Shown: piece by piece, positions 26,277 to 35,823 of the stretch
How positions within the stretch are numbered: the stretch's first letter is position 1
Layout of the letters: every line of letters starts with the position of its first letter
Assembly: GCA_963728205.1 (NCBI GenBank)
Contig: CAVSIV010000001.1
Coordinates: forward strand, 960,001 to 1,024,000
Source of the DNA: an uncultured Chloroflexia bacterium
GTDB taxonomy: Bacteria; Chloroflexota; Dehalococcoidia; UBA2979
DNA length: 64,000 nucleotides
Direction of reading: 5' to 3'
Translations under genes and position numbers: made by a program
The notes under the pieces: generated by a model
Databases searched by the model: none
What the model saw: only the letters and a program-made list of their open reading frames with translations
What the model was told of the DNA's origin: nothing

Positions 26277-27962
26277 TCAATTCACCCGACGGTATACGTC
26301 GAGTCCGTGCGCACTGAGGACACGTCGATATGATGATGCAACGTCCGACCGCTGCAGGATTGCCCGAACGGCACCCATCTTCTGCGAATCGGGGTTCACG
26401 AGGATCCATCGAGCGTGTGCCACCGGATCGAGAAGGGCCGCGCGCCAGACCGGTCCGTTGTCGAGCGTGATGTAGTCGTGTTGAGGGATGCCAGCGAGCT
26501 GAATCATAAGGTGGATCGATTGAAGGCTGCCACCGCAGCAAGCGTCATCCATGTCTACGAGAATATTGCCGCCGTCATACATCGAACGCCATTGATTCGC
26601 GACACCTCTCACGCTGGATATGCTTACACCGTAACCGCCGGCATATTTCGTGTCTGATACGGTCGCGATATTTCCGATGCCGTGTTGAACAAATATCGCA
26701 TTCTGTAGCAGCACAATTGCAACGACAATGACAAGAGCGATCATCCTGCTAGACCGCCGCCCTATCGACGTCACAAGAGACAGAGGTAGAACAATGGCCG
26801 GGAATAGCAATGATCCGTAACGCACGTTGAAGTAGGTACCGCCGAAGTGCGGCGTGTATATGACGCTGTTCCCGGAGTAGAGTGAATATACGTTAAAAAC
26901 AAGTGGTGTCAAAAGAAGGACAAACGCGAAAATCCATGCCTTCCGATCATTCCGCATAAGAAGGAATACAGTCACACAAGCACTAGCTGCAACAATCACC
27001 GGACCGGATATGATCATCGCGGAAGCAAGGTAAGAAGCGGTAGAGAGCGGTAGATTGTGTTCAGCGAACACCTGACTCGCCACGGATGCGGCGGAGGAAT
27101 AGGCCCCACGCGCGAACGCGAGCGGATCACCGAAGATGAGCCCGTTGTAGAAAAACCAGCAGAACATCGCGAATGCCGCGGGCGCGACTACCGCGATGGC
27201 GATCCCTTCGATCCGTTCCACGGCGTTCGGATCTTCGAGCAGCAGGTATAAGACGACCAGCACGCCCGCAACGAGCGCTGTGCCCCATCCGTCATAGCGG
27301 GTGAAGACTCCGAAGGCCAGCGCTAATCCGAACCCGATTGCTGACGATACGTCCCGGTTTCGCATCCATCGAACGAAGAACGCCGCGGACACCGTCAAGG
27401 ACGCGATCGCCAGCGGCTCCGTCAGGGCCATCGATTGGAGGTAGAGGATGGACGGATTCGTGACGAAGATGGCGGCTGCAAGGAAGCCAGCGGTACGCCG
27501 CCTCGTCAGCGACGCGGCTGTATAGGCGAGCGCGATCGCGGATACGGCGAAGGCTGGACCGTTGGCCATCGCGCCGGCGAGCCCCGTCCGCGCGACCTCC
27601 GGGAGATAGACGAACGGCTGCATGAGGAGGTGGAGTGCTGGCAGCCAGTTCGTGCCGAACTGCGCGAACCCCGGTGTCTTCGAGTCCAGCACCCGGCGGG
27701 CGATGTACGTGTGCCCGGCAGTGTCGCCGTAGCCGTAAACGAGATCAGCCTTGAAGGCGACGGTCGTCGCGACCGCGCCGATGACCAGAGCGACGAGGCC
27801 AACCACCAGCATGTCGGACCTCGTGAATGCTTCGCGCATACGGGGCCGACGCCACGCCTGCGGGTGCGCCCGTGCAGTGGCAGACACCCGCACCGTGAGG
27901 CCCTCTTTATCGGGGTTACCTGCCATGCGCGCAGTCCGCATCTTCAATGTCCGCCAGGTCAC
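26277..27962 (-). CDS. Multi-TM GT-C/PMT-like glycosyltransferase, lower GC than flanks
   Basis: YGDTAGH..IARR, WLP, LYLQS...TEP, TRYDGW, NVRYG. Start may be 27839. Confidence 0.72.
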   Translation of the reverse strand: MTWRTLKMRTARMAGNPDKEGLTVRVSATARAHPQAWRRPRMREAFTRSDMLVVGLVALVIGAVATTVAFKADLVYGYGDTAGHTYIARRVLDSKTPGFAQFGTNWLPALHLLMQPFVYLPEVARTGLAGAMANGPAFAVSAIALAYTAASLTRRRTAGFLAAAIFVTNPSILYLQSMALTEPLAIASLTVSAAFFVRWMRNRDVSSAIGFGLALAFGVFTRYDGWGTALVAGVLVVLYLLLEDPNAVERIEGIAIAVVAPAAFAMFCWFFYNGLIFGDPLAFARGAYSSAASVASQVFAEHNLPLSTASYLASAMIISGPVIVAASACVTVFLLMRNDRKAWIFAFVLLLTPLVFNVYSLYSGNSVIYTPHFGGTYFNVRYGSLLFPAIVLPLSLVTSIGRRSSRMIALVIVVAIVLLQNAIFVQHGIGNIATVSDTKYAGGYGVSISSVRGVANQWRSMYDGGNILVDMDDACCGGSLQSIHLMIQLAGIPQHDYITLDNGPVWRAALLDPVAHARWILVNPDSQKMGAVRAILQRSDVASSYRRVLSAHGLDVYRRVN

Positions 27963-28277
27963 GGCCGCGTGCTCAGGCTCGCACCACCCGAGCGCGTCAA
28001 GACCAGCCGACTGTAGATGGAGTTCACCATCATCAGATGCACGAGAGCGGCCACCTCAGCCAGGTTCCTTCGACATCGATGCCCGACGCCCGCAGGTGTA
28101 CGCGGACGGGGGATCTCGTCCCCGCAAGCGACGAGCCCCAGCAGTGATACCAGAGGGTGCCGAATGACCTTTCGGCGGACCGTGGTCGCGATTGGATCCG
28201 AAGCCGTCTTCTGTGCCCGATCCGGGCCTGTGATCCGGCGGCATCCGGACCATCTGGCTCGCGGTGCCCCGCGCGCC

Positions 28278-29181
28278 CTACCCGTCCTCGCCCCGCTGCC
28301 GCTTGAGGAACTGCTCGAGGTCGCTGAGCAGATCTTCGGTCGGCGGGAGCTCGCCTTTTGGCGTCTCCTCCGAGATCGCCGGCAGCGGCGGGCGGTTCGC
28401 GTCGAACTGCTCCTCCAGCTGGTGCACGTACGACGACGCCTCCGGCGACTCCTCCATCACCTCGCGGATCTTCTCGTCGAACTCGGTGATGTGGTCCTGC
28501 ATGCCCTCCAGCGAGGTGTGCGTCCCGAACCCGTGGTCGATGAGCCGGATCAGCGAGACGGCCAGGTTCGGGTTCGGGCCGATCGTCAGGTAGTGCGGCG
28601 ACATCGCCCACAGGCTCGCGTTCTTCCACCCCTGCGCGCGCAGGCAGCAGGTTGAGCACGCCGACGATCCCCGTCTGCCCCTGGTAGCGCGACGCCGGCG
28701 CCTCCAGGCCGAAGATCTCCTCGAAGTCCGAGTGCGACGCCGACAGCGATACCGGCACCGGCCGCGTGTGCGGCACGCCCGACGGCTGTGCGCCCAGCGT
28801 GATGCTCGTCGTGGAGCCGACCGCGACCAGCAGCTCCTCGACGATCCCGGTGAACGTCTTCCAGTGCGTGTGCGGCTCGATGCCCTTCATCAGCACGAAG
28901 TCGCGGTCCGCGCCCTCGGGGCTCGCCACGAAGAAGCGGTTCTGCGGCCAGTCGAGCGTGCGCTCGCCGTGCTCGAGGCGCGTGCGCGGGCGCTGCACCG
29001 TGAAGTCGTAGAAGTGCTCGGGGTCGATGTCGGCGAGCGGCTTCGCTTCCCACTGCTCCACGAGATAGTCGATCGCCGCCGCTGCGCCGCCCGTCGCGTC
29101 CGTGAACCCGACGAAGGCCGCGAGGAAGACGGGATCGCGCAGCTTCCGGATGTCGTCCAGCGGACGCAGGGCCTCGTGCAT
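28278..29181 (-). CDS. PAC2 (proteasome assembly chaperone) family protein, apparent +1 frameshift ~28646
   Basis: DPEHFYDFTVQRP, GIEPH..WK, PHTRP, YQGQTGIVGVL, then in the next frame SLWAMSPHY...YVHQLE. Confidence 0.85.
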
Positions 29182-29244
29182 GGGAGCCTCCCTCGCGCGT
29201 CGCACGCGGGGGGCCTCGCGCGCGACGCTCTCGGTCCAGCGTAC

Positions 29245-30090
29245 CTAGATCTGGGAGTAGCCGGACCCCACCCGGTCGATTCCCGTGCCCTTGCCGTCCT
29301 CGATCCAGCCGAATTCCTTCAGAATCTGCTGGCTGTACGTCACGCGGCCGGTCACCTTGTCGACGGGCTCCGAGGCCAGCAGCAGCGCCGCGCGCGCCAT
29401 CATCAGGGGCGGCTCGCCGCGCGGGTCGTCCATGCCCGTCACCAGGTGGTGGAAGACGGTCCCCGGCGTCGGCACGACCTGCGACGGCGACACGCACGCC
29501 ACCGACACGCCGTGCTCGTAGACCTCCTCGGCGAGGCCCTGGGTGAAGCGCTCGAGCGCCGCCTTGCTCGCGCCGTACATCGTGCCGCCGCGCGCGGAGG
29601 CGTTCGGGTAGGGGCCGCGGCCCGGGCCGATCGCCGCGCCGGACGAGATGTTCACGATCGCGCCGCGGCCCTTGTCGAACATCCCGGGCAGCACCGCCTT
29701 CGACAGCATGAACGGGCCGTGCACGTTGACCGCGAACGAGCGCATCCAGCGGCTGGCCGGATAGTCGACGATCGGGATGTAGTAGTTGAGCGCGGCGTTG
29801 TTCACGAGCACGTCCGCCGGGCCGAACGCCTGGCGCGCCTGCTCGACGAGGTGCATGCAATCGTCTTCCTCGGAGACGTTGGCCGCCACGGCGACCGCCT
29901 CGCCGCCGGCGTCCTTGATGTTCTGCACCGTGCGCGAGAGCGAGCCCTCGAGCTGGTGGTCGCCCTCGTTCACCGTGCGCGCCGCGCAGACGACCTTCGC
30001 GCCCTCGGACGCGAACAGCTCGGCGATCGCCTGCCCGATGCCGCGGCTCGCCCCGGTCACGATCGCGACGCGGCCATCCAGCTTGCCCAT
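29245..30090 (-). CDS. Short-chain dehydrogenase/reductase
   Basis: TGASRGIG, VNNAA, NISS, YGASK. Confidence 0.93.
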   Translation of the reverse strand: MGKLDGRVAIVTGASRGIGQAIAELFASEGAKVVCAARTVNEGDHQLEGSLSRTVQNIKDAGGEAVAVAANVSEEDDCMHLVEQARQAFGPADVLVNNAALNYYIPIVDYPASRWMRSFAVNVHGPFMLSKAVLPGMFDKGRGAIVNISSGAAIGPGRGPYPNASARGGTMYGASKAALERFTQGLAEEVYEHGVSVACVSPSQVVPTPGTVFHHLVTGMDDPRGEPPLMMARAALLLASEPVDKVTGRVTYSQQILKEFGWIEDGKGTGIDRVGSGYSQI

Positions 30091-30172
30091 GGCGTGCCTT
30101 CCCCTCGTGCATGTCGGTGGTGCGTGGTGAGTCGGCGCGGAGTGTAGACGAATCGACCCGTGGGGGCGGCCC

Positions 30173-30211
30173 GGGCACCGCACCGGGGCACCGCACCGGG
30201 GCACCGCACCG
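30173..30211. repeat. Tandem repeat, 3 x 13 bp (GGGCACCGCACCG)
   Basis: Three exact copies in the divergent SDR/xfp intergenic region. Confidence 0.85.
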
Positions 30212-30349
30212 GGGTCAGCGGCGGGCGAGGACGAAGCCAATCGGCACCCTGCCGGCTGCCGCTCGACGACGGCGACGGGGGTGGGCGAGCGGGGCCCATG
30301 CGCGCCGGCGGTACCGTGGATCACGCACCGCATGCGAGTGGAGACGGCG

Positions 30350-32795
30350 ATGAGCGAGGATCCCACGACGACGGCGCAGGCCCCGACGGCGGAGCCGTTC
30401 GTGGTCACGATGCAGGGGCCGACCGGCAGCCGCCCGCTCGACGACGCGGCCCTGCACGCGATCGACGCCTACTGGCGCGCCGCGAACTACCTGACGGTCG
30501 GCCAGATCTACCTGCGCGACAATCCGCTGCTGCGCGAGCCGCTGCGGCCCGAGCACGTGAAACCTCGGCTGCTCGGCCACTGGGGCACGAGCCCGGGCCT
30601 CAACTTCGTGTATGTGCACCTCAACCGCATCATCCGCGAGCGCGACACGAACATGCTGTTCGTCACCGGCCCCGGCCACGGCGGACCGGCGGTCGTCGCC
30701 AACACCTACCTCGAGGGCACCTACAGCGAGATCTATCCGAACGTCTCCACCGACGCCGAAGGCCTGAAGCGCCTCTTCACGCAGTTCTCCTTCCCGGGGG
30801 GCATCCCGAGCCACGCGGCACCCGAGACGCCCGGTTCCATCCACGAAGGCGGCGAGCTCGGCTACTCGCTCGCGCACGCCTTCGGCGCGGTCTTCGACAA
30901 CCCCGACCTGGTGGCGGCGTGCGTGATCGGCGACGGGGAGGCGGAGACCGGCCCGCTTGCGACGGCGTGGCACTCGAACAAGTTCCTCAACCCGAAGCGC
31001 GACGGCGCGGTGCTGCCGATCCTCCACCTCAACGGCTACAAGATCGCGAACCCCACGATTCTCGCCCGCATCAGCCGCGACGAGCTCGAGCAACTGCTCG
31101 TCGGCTACGGCTGGCACCCGTGGTTCGTCGAGGGCGACGAGCCGGAAGCGGCGCACGAGCTGATGGCGGAGACGCTCGACGTCGTCTTCGACGAGATCCG
31201 CGAGATCCAGGAGCGGGCGCGCGCGTCGGAGCGGCCGCTGCGGCCGCGCTGGCCGATGGTCGTGCTCGTCACGCCGAAGGGCTGGACGGGCCCGAAGGAG
31301 GTCGACGGCCTGCCGGTCGAGGGCTCATGGCGCTCGCACCAGGTGCCGATCCCGGAGGTGCGCACGAACCCCGATCACCTGCGGCAGCTCGAATCGTGGA
31401 TGCGTCGCTACCGCCCCGAGGAGCTGTTCGACGAGCGCGGCACGCTGCGTGCGGAGCTCGCGGCGCTCGCGCCGCGCGGCGACCGCCGCATGGGCGCGAA
31501 CCCGCACACGAACGGCGGTCGCGTGCTCCGCGAGCTGCGTCTGCCCGACTTCCGCGACTACGGCGTCGCCGTCACGCCCGGCCAGACGATCGCCGAGGCG
31601 ACGCGCGTGCTCGGTGCGTTCCTGCGCGACGTGATGCGCCAGAACGCCGACGCCCACAACTTCCGCGTGTTCGGCCCCGACGAGACGGCGTCGAACCGCC
31701 TCGGCGCGGTGCTCGAGGCGACCGAGCGCGCCTGGATGGCGGAGACCGAGCCGACGGACGACCACCTCGCGCCGGACGGCCGCGTCATGGAGATGCTCAG
31801 CGAGCACACGCTGCAGGGCTGGCTCGAGGGTTACCTGCTCACCGGCCGGCACGGCTTCTTCTCGTGCTACGAGGCGTTCATCCACATCGTCGACTCGATG
31901 TTCAACCAGCACGCGAAGTGGCTGAAGGTGACGAAGGAGATCCCCTGGCGGCGGCCGATCGCGTCGCTCAACTACCTGCTGACGTCGCACGTCTGGCGCC
32001 AGGACCACAACGGCTTCAGCCACCAGGACCCGGGGTTCATCGACCACGTCATGAACAAGAAGGGCGAGATCGTCCGCGTCTACCTGCCGCCCGACGCGAA
32101 CACGCTGCTGTCGGTCGCCGATCACTGCCTGCGCAGCCGGCACTACGTCAACGTGATCGTCGCCGGCAAGCAGCCGCAGATGCAGTTCCTCGACATGGAC
32201 GCGGCGGTGCGCCACTGCGACGAAGGGCGTCGGCATCTGGGACTGGGCGTCCAACGACCACGGCGCGGAGCCCGACGTCGTGATGGCGTGCGCCGGCGAC
32301 GTGCCGACGGTCGAGACGCTCGCGGCCGTCGACCTGCTGCGACGCAACGTGCCCGACCTCAAGATCCGCGTCGTGAACGTCGTCGACCTGATGACGCTGC
32401 AGCCGCACGAGGAGCACCCGCACGGGCTCTCGGATCACGAGTTCGACAGCCTGTTCACGACCGACCGGCCGATCATCTTCGCGTTCCACGGCTACCCGTG
32501 GCTGATCCACCGCCTGACGTACCGGCGCACGAACCACGACAACCTGCACGTGCGCGGCTACAAGGAGGAGGGCACGACCACGACGCCGTTCGACATGGTG
32601 GTGCTCAACGACCTCGACCGGTTCCACCTCGCGCTCGACGTGATCGACCGCGTGCCGCGGCTGCAGGACACCGCCGCGCACTTTGCCGAGGAGCTGCGCG
32701 ACAGGCTGATCGAGCACAAGCAGTACATCCACGCGCACGGCGAGGACATGCCCGAGGTGCGCGACTGGAAGTGGACGGGGTTCGACGCGGGGTAG
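30350..32795 (+). CDS. xfp: Xylulose-5-P/fructose-6-P phosphoketolase, apparent +1 frameshift ~32219
   Basis: [37 protein letters not shown]. Removing one G restores [13 protein letters not shown] and joins to [14 protein letters not shown]. Confidence 0.93.
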
Positions 32796-32860
32796 GTAGG
32801 GCGAGCGAGCGCCGCCCGCAAGATTGCAGGGGTGCGAGTCGGATCGTCATTGGATACACT

Positions 32861-32887
32861 TCCGCATGCATTGTGAATGCATGCGGA
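32861..32887. promoter_or_regulatory. Toxin-antitoxin autoregulatory operator
   Basis: Perfect 12-bp arms tccgcatgcatt-gtg-aatgcatgcgga directly after a TACACT -10-like hexamer and touching the RBS. Confidence 0.78.
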
Positions 32888-32895
32888 GGTGCGCC

Positions 32896-33153
32896 ATGGT
32901 CACTCAGCTCACCGTGCGGGACGTGCCTGATGACGTCGTGCAGGCCCTCCGGGAGGAGGCGCAGGCGGAGCGGCGCAGCATGAACGCCGTGGCGCGCGCC
33001 GCGCTTGCGGAGCACGTGCAGCGTCGCGCGCGCCGTGCTGGCCTGACGGCGTACCTGCCCGAGATGGACCGGCTGCGGCGTCGCGTCGCTGAGCGCCTGG
33101 GGTCGGAGCTCAACGATAGCGCGGAGCTGATCCGGGAGGACCGAGACCGGTGA
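32896..33153 (+). CDS. RHH antitoxin (FitA/VapB-like)
   Basis: [13 protein letters not shown]...A....RSMN, C-terminal [11 protein letters not shown]; GTGA overlap with the PIN gene. Confidence 0.85.
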   Translation: MVTQLTVRDVPDDVVQALREEAQAERRSMNAVARAALAEHVQRRARRAGLTAYLPEMDRLRRRVAERLGSELNDSAELIREDRDR

Positions 33154-33611
33154 CATTGCCGGCCGGCCTCCCGGAGCGGCTCGTCGTGGATGCGTCCGTG
33201 GCCGTGAAGTGGGTGCTCCCCGAGCCCGGGACACTCCAGGCGCGGCGGCTGCTCGAGGCGAGCGCAGACGGCCGGCTCGACCTGATCGCGCCCGACCTCT
33301 TCATTGGCGAGGTGGGCAACGTGCTGTGGAAGCGCTGCCGTCTCCGCGGCGAGCTCGTCGAGGACGAGGCGCGCGCCGCGCTCGAGGCCGTGCTCGCGGT
33401 CGCCCCTGAGCTCGTGCCCTCCGAGGCCCTGGCCGCGCGGGCGCTCGAGCTTGCGTTGGCGTTTCGGCGTCCGATCTCCGACTGCCTCTACGTCGCGCTC
33501 GCGCTGCGCGATCACTGCTCGCTCGTCACCGCCGATTCACGGCTCGCCACCGCGCTCGGCCCGGCGACCGGCCACGTCGTGCGGCTCGAAGACTTCGTGC
33601 TGCCGGCCTGA
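33150..33611 (+). CDS. vapC: PIN-domain toxin
   Basis: VVDASVAVKW, EVGNVL, DCLYVALA, LVTAD. Confidence 0.92.
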   Translation: MTLPAGLPERLVVDASVAVKWVLPEPGTLQARRLLEASADGRLDLIAPDLFIGEVGNVLWKRCRLRGELVEDEARAALEAVLAVAPELVPSEALAARALELALAFRRPISDCLYVALALRDHCSLVTADSRLATALGPATGHVVRLEDFVLPA

Positions 33612-33724
33612 CGCGGCCGGGCCGCCGCGGCCCCCTACCGGGCGGCCGCCGGCGCCCGGCAGCCGCCCGGGTCTCGCTCCCAATCCCCCGCGCCCGGACC
33701 GGCGGTGCCTCCGGCCCGCGGCGC

Positions 33725-33931
33725 TCAGTCGCCCGCGGCGGCGTTCGCGAACTCGTCGGCCTGCTTCTCCGCCTCTTCCTTCGCGATGCCGTAGCGCTCC
33801 TGGAGCCGCCCGACGAGCGCCTCGCGGTTGCCCTGGATCTGCTCGAGGTCGTCATCGGTCAGGTCGCCCCAGCGCTGGCGCGCGTTGCCCTTGAGCTGGT
33901 GCCAGTTGCCCTTCATCTGCTCCCAGTTCAT
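33725..33931 (-). CDS. csbD: CsbD/YjbJ general stress protein
   Basis: MNWEQMKGNWHQLKG....WGDLTDDDL...LQERYG; RBS AGGAGAGGG. Confidence 0.92.
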   Translation of the reverse strand: MNWEQMKGNWHQLKGNARQRWGDLTDDDLEQIQGNREALVGRLQERYGIAKEEAEKQADEFANAAAGD

Positions 33932-34251
33932 CTGTCCCTCTCCTTTATCTGGTTTGTCTCGCTCGTGACCGGGCCAGCGAGCCGGCGCGCCACGAGGCAT
34001 CGTCGTCGCGTTCGACGCTACCGGCTGTACCGGGACGAAGTCCTCACGGCGCGCGCGCCGGCCTTGCGGTTTCCTGCGTGATCGCACCGTTCCGCGCGCG
34101 ATGCCGGCTCCGGGCGCTCGGCGCGCCTGCTAGATGACATAACGCCAAAGCCGAGGCCTGTCCCGATGTCGCAGAGTTGCAACGAAAGCGCGGGGCGCGT
34201 GGCGAAGACGCAGCCCTCGCTCCCTAGAGTGGAAGGAGAGATTCGGAGGAC

Positions 34252-34551
34252 ATGATGGGTATCGGAATCAGCCTGTTCTTGCTCGCGCTCGGTGCGGTGC
34301 TTACCTGGGCCGTCACGGCGACCGTCCAGGGGATCGACATCACCGCCGTCGGCGTGATCCTGATGATCGTGGGGAGTATCGGACTCGTGCTCAGCATGCT
34401 GTTCTGGGCGAGCTGGGCCCCGTTCTACCGGCGCGACTCGCGTGACCGCGAGGTGCGGGAGGTCCACGAGAATCTAGTCCAACCGAGCATGCCGACAACC
34501 CCACGGCCGGGCGCTCAGCGCCCGGCCGTGTCTGTGTCCGCGAACCGCTGA
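34252..34551 (+). CDS. Small two-TM membrane protein (DUF6458-like)
   Basis: MGIGISLFLLALGAVL..AV...GIDI..VGVILM; RBS GGAGG. Confidence 0.75.
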   Translation: MMGIGISLFLLALGAVLTWAVTATVQGIDITAVGVILMIVGSIGLVLSMLFWASWAPFYRRDSRDREVREVHENLVQPSMPTTPRPGAQRPAVSVSANR

Positions 34552-34610
34552 GCCGACAGCCGACAGCCGACCCGGACCGAGGCCCTTCGTCGCGTGCATA
34601 TCCTGAGCGC

Positions 34611-35243
34611 ATGGCCGACAGGCGGTCGGACGTCGAGGCTCTGCTGCCGTCGCGGCTCTCGCTCAAGGGGCTGCGCGAAGCGGCGAACGACTGCCGCGCG
34701 TGTGACCTCTGGAAGCGCGGCACGCAGACCGTGTTCGGCGAGGGGCTGAAGCGCTCCGAGGTGATGCTCGTGGGCGAGCAGCCGGGCGACGTCGAGGACC
34801 GCGAGGGCGAGCCGTTCGTCGGCCCGGCCGGGCGCTTGCTCGACGAGGCGCTGGAGGCGGCCGGCATCGACCGCAGCACCGTCTACGTCACGAACGTCGT
34901 CAAGCACTTCAAGTGGAGCGAGCGCGGGAAGCGTCGCATCCACGAGAAGCCGAACGCGCGGGAGGTCGACGCCTGCCGCCCCTGGCTCGATGCCGAGATC
35001 CGGGTCGTTAGGCCGCGCGTGATCGTCTGCCTCGGCGCGACCGCGGCGCAGGCGCTGCTCGGTCGCGACTTCCGCGTCACCCGGCAGCGCGGCGACCTCA
35101 TCGACTCGCCGCTCGCGGAATTCGTGCTTGCGACCGTCCACCCCGCCGCCGTGCTGCGGGCGCCGGACGACCGCCGCGACGAGGAGCGCGAGGCGTTCAT
35201 CGACGACCTGCGCCGGGTGCCGGCGCTCGTGTCGAAAGACTGA
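34611..35243 (+). CDS. udgX: UdgX-type family 4 uracil-DNA glycosylase
   Basis: CRAC Fe-S motif, GEQPG, VTNVVKHFK, R-loop KRRIH, TVHP. Confidence 0.9.
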   Translation: MADRRSDVEALLPSRLSLKGLREAANDCRACDLWKRGTQTVFGEGLKRSEVMLVGEQPGDVEDREGEPFVGPAGRLLDEALEAAGIDRSTVYVTNVVKHFKWSERGKRRIHEKPNAREVDACRPWLDAEIRVVRPRVIVCLGATAAQALLGRDFRVTRQRGDLIDSPLAEFVLATVHPAAVLRAPDDRRDEEREAFIDDLRRVPALVSKD

Positions 35244-35375
35244 CCCTCCGGCGCACCGCCGTTCTCCTGTAACCCGATCGTCACCGCTCGCCGGTTCCGC
35301 TCACGCGTTCGATCTGGCGTCGCGGCTAGCGTGGGTGCATGCCCCCCATGGGGCAGCATCGAGAGGAGCGACGCG

Positions 35376-35630
35376 ATGCCGAACGACAGGCGTCCGTCCG
35401 TCAAGGACGACAGGCAATACAACAAGCTGCGCGACAAGGGCATGAGCAAGGAGAAGGCGGCCCGCATCGCCAACACCGACCGCAGCAAGGCCGGGAAGCG
35501 TGGTGGGTCCTCGCCGCCCTACGAGGAGTGGAACAAGAGCGACCTCTATGACCGCGCGAAGGAAGTCGGGATCGACGGTCGCTCGCAGATGAACAAGGGC
35601 GAGCTGATCGACGCCCTGCGCAACCACTGA
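35376..35630 (+). CDS. Small basic protein with Rho-N-like C-terminal motif
   Basis: YNKLRDKGMSKEKAARIAN...LYDRAKEVGIDGRSQMNKGELIDALR; RBS GAGGAG. Confidence 0.85.
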   Translation: MPNDRRPSVKDDRQYNKLRDKGMSKEKAARIANTDRSKAGKRGGSSPPYEEWNKSDLYDRAKEVGIDGRSQMNKGELIDALRNH

Positions 35631-35823
35631 GCGAAGCGCGTCGCGCCGGGCCGTCGCCGGCGTCCGCTGTCCGCCGAGCATCAGTCTCACTGGCACGCAA
35701 TGGACGGCATCTGCTACAAACTGAACGGCGCGATCTGGGTGTCCGTGACCGGGCGGGACGCCGTGTGCCAGCGGGAGCAGAGCCTCCTGCGGTACGGCCG
35801 TGTGTCGCCTGGAACGGAGCACG

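Noticed and set aside
33940-35820. c-di-GMP or other riboswitch in the intergenic gaps near the GGDEF-EAL gene
   Set aside because: I could not match conserved riboswitch cores by eye; an Rfam/Infernal scan would be needed.
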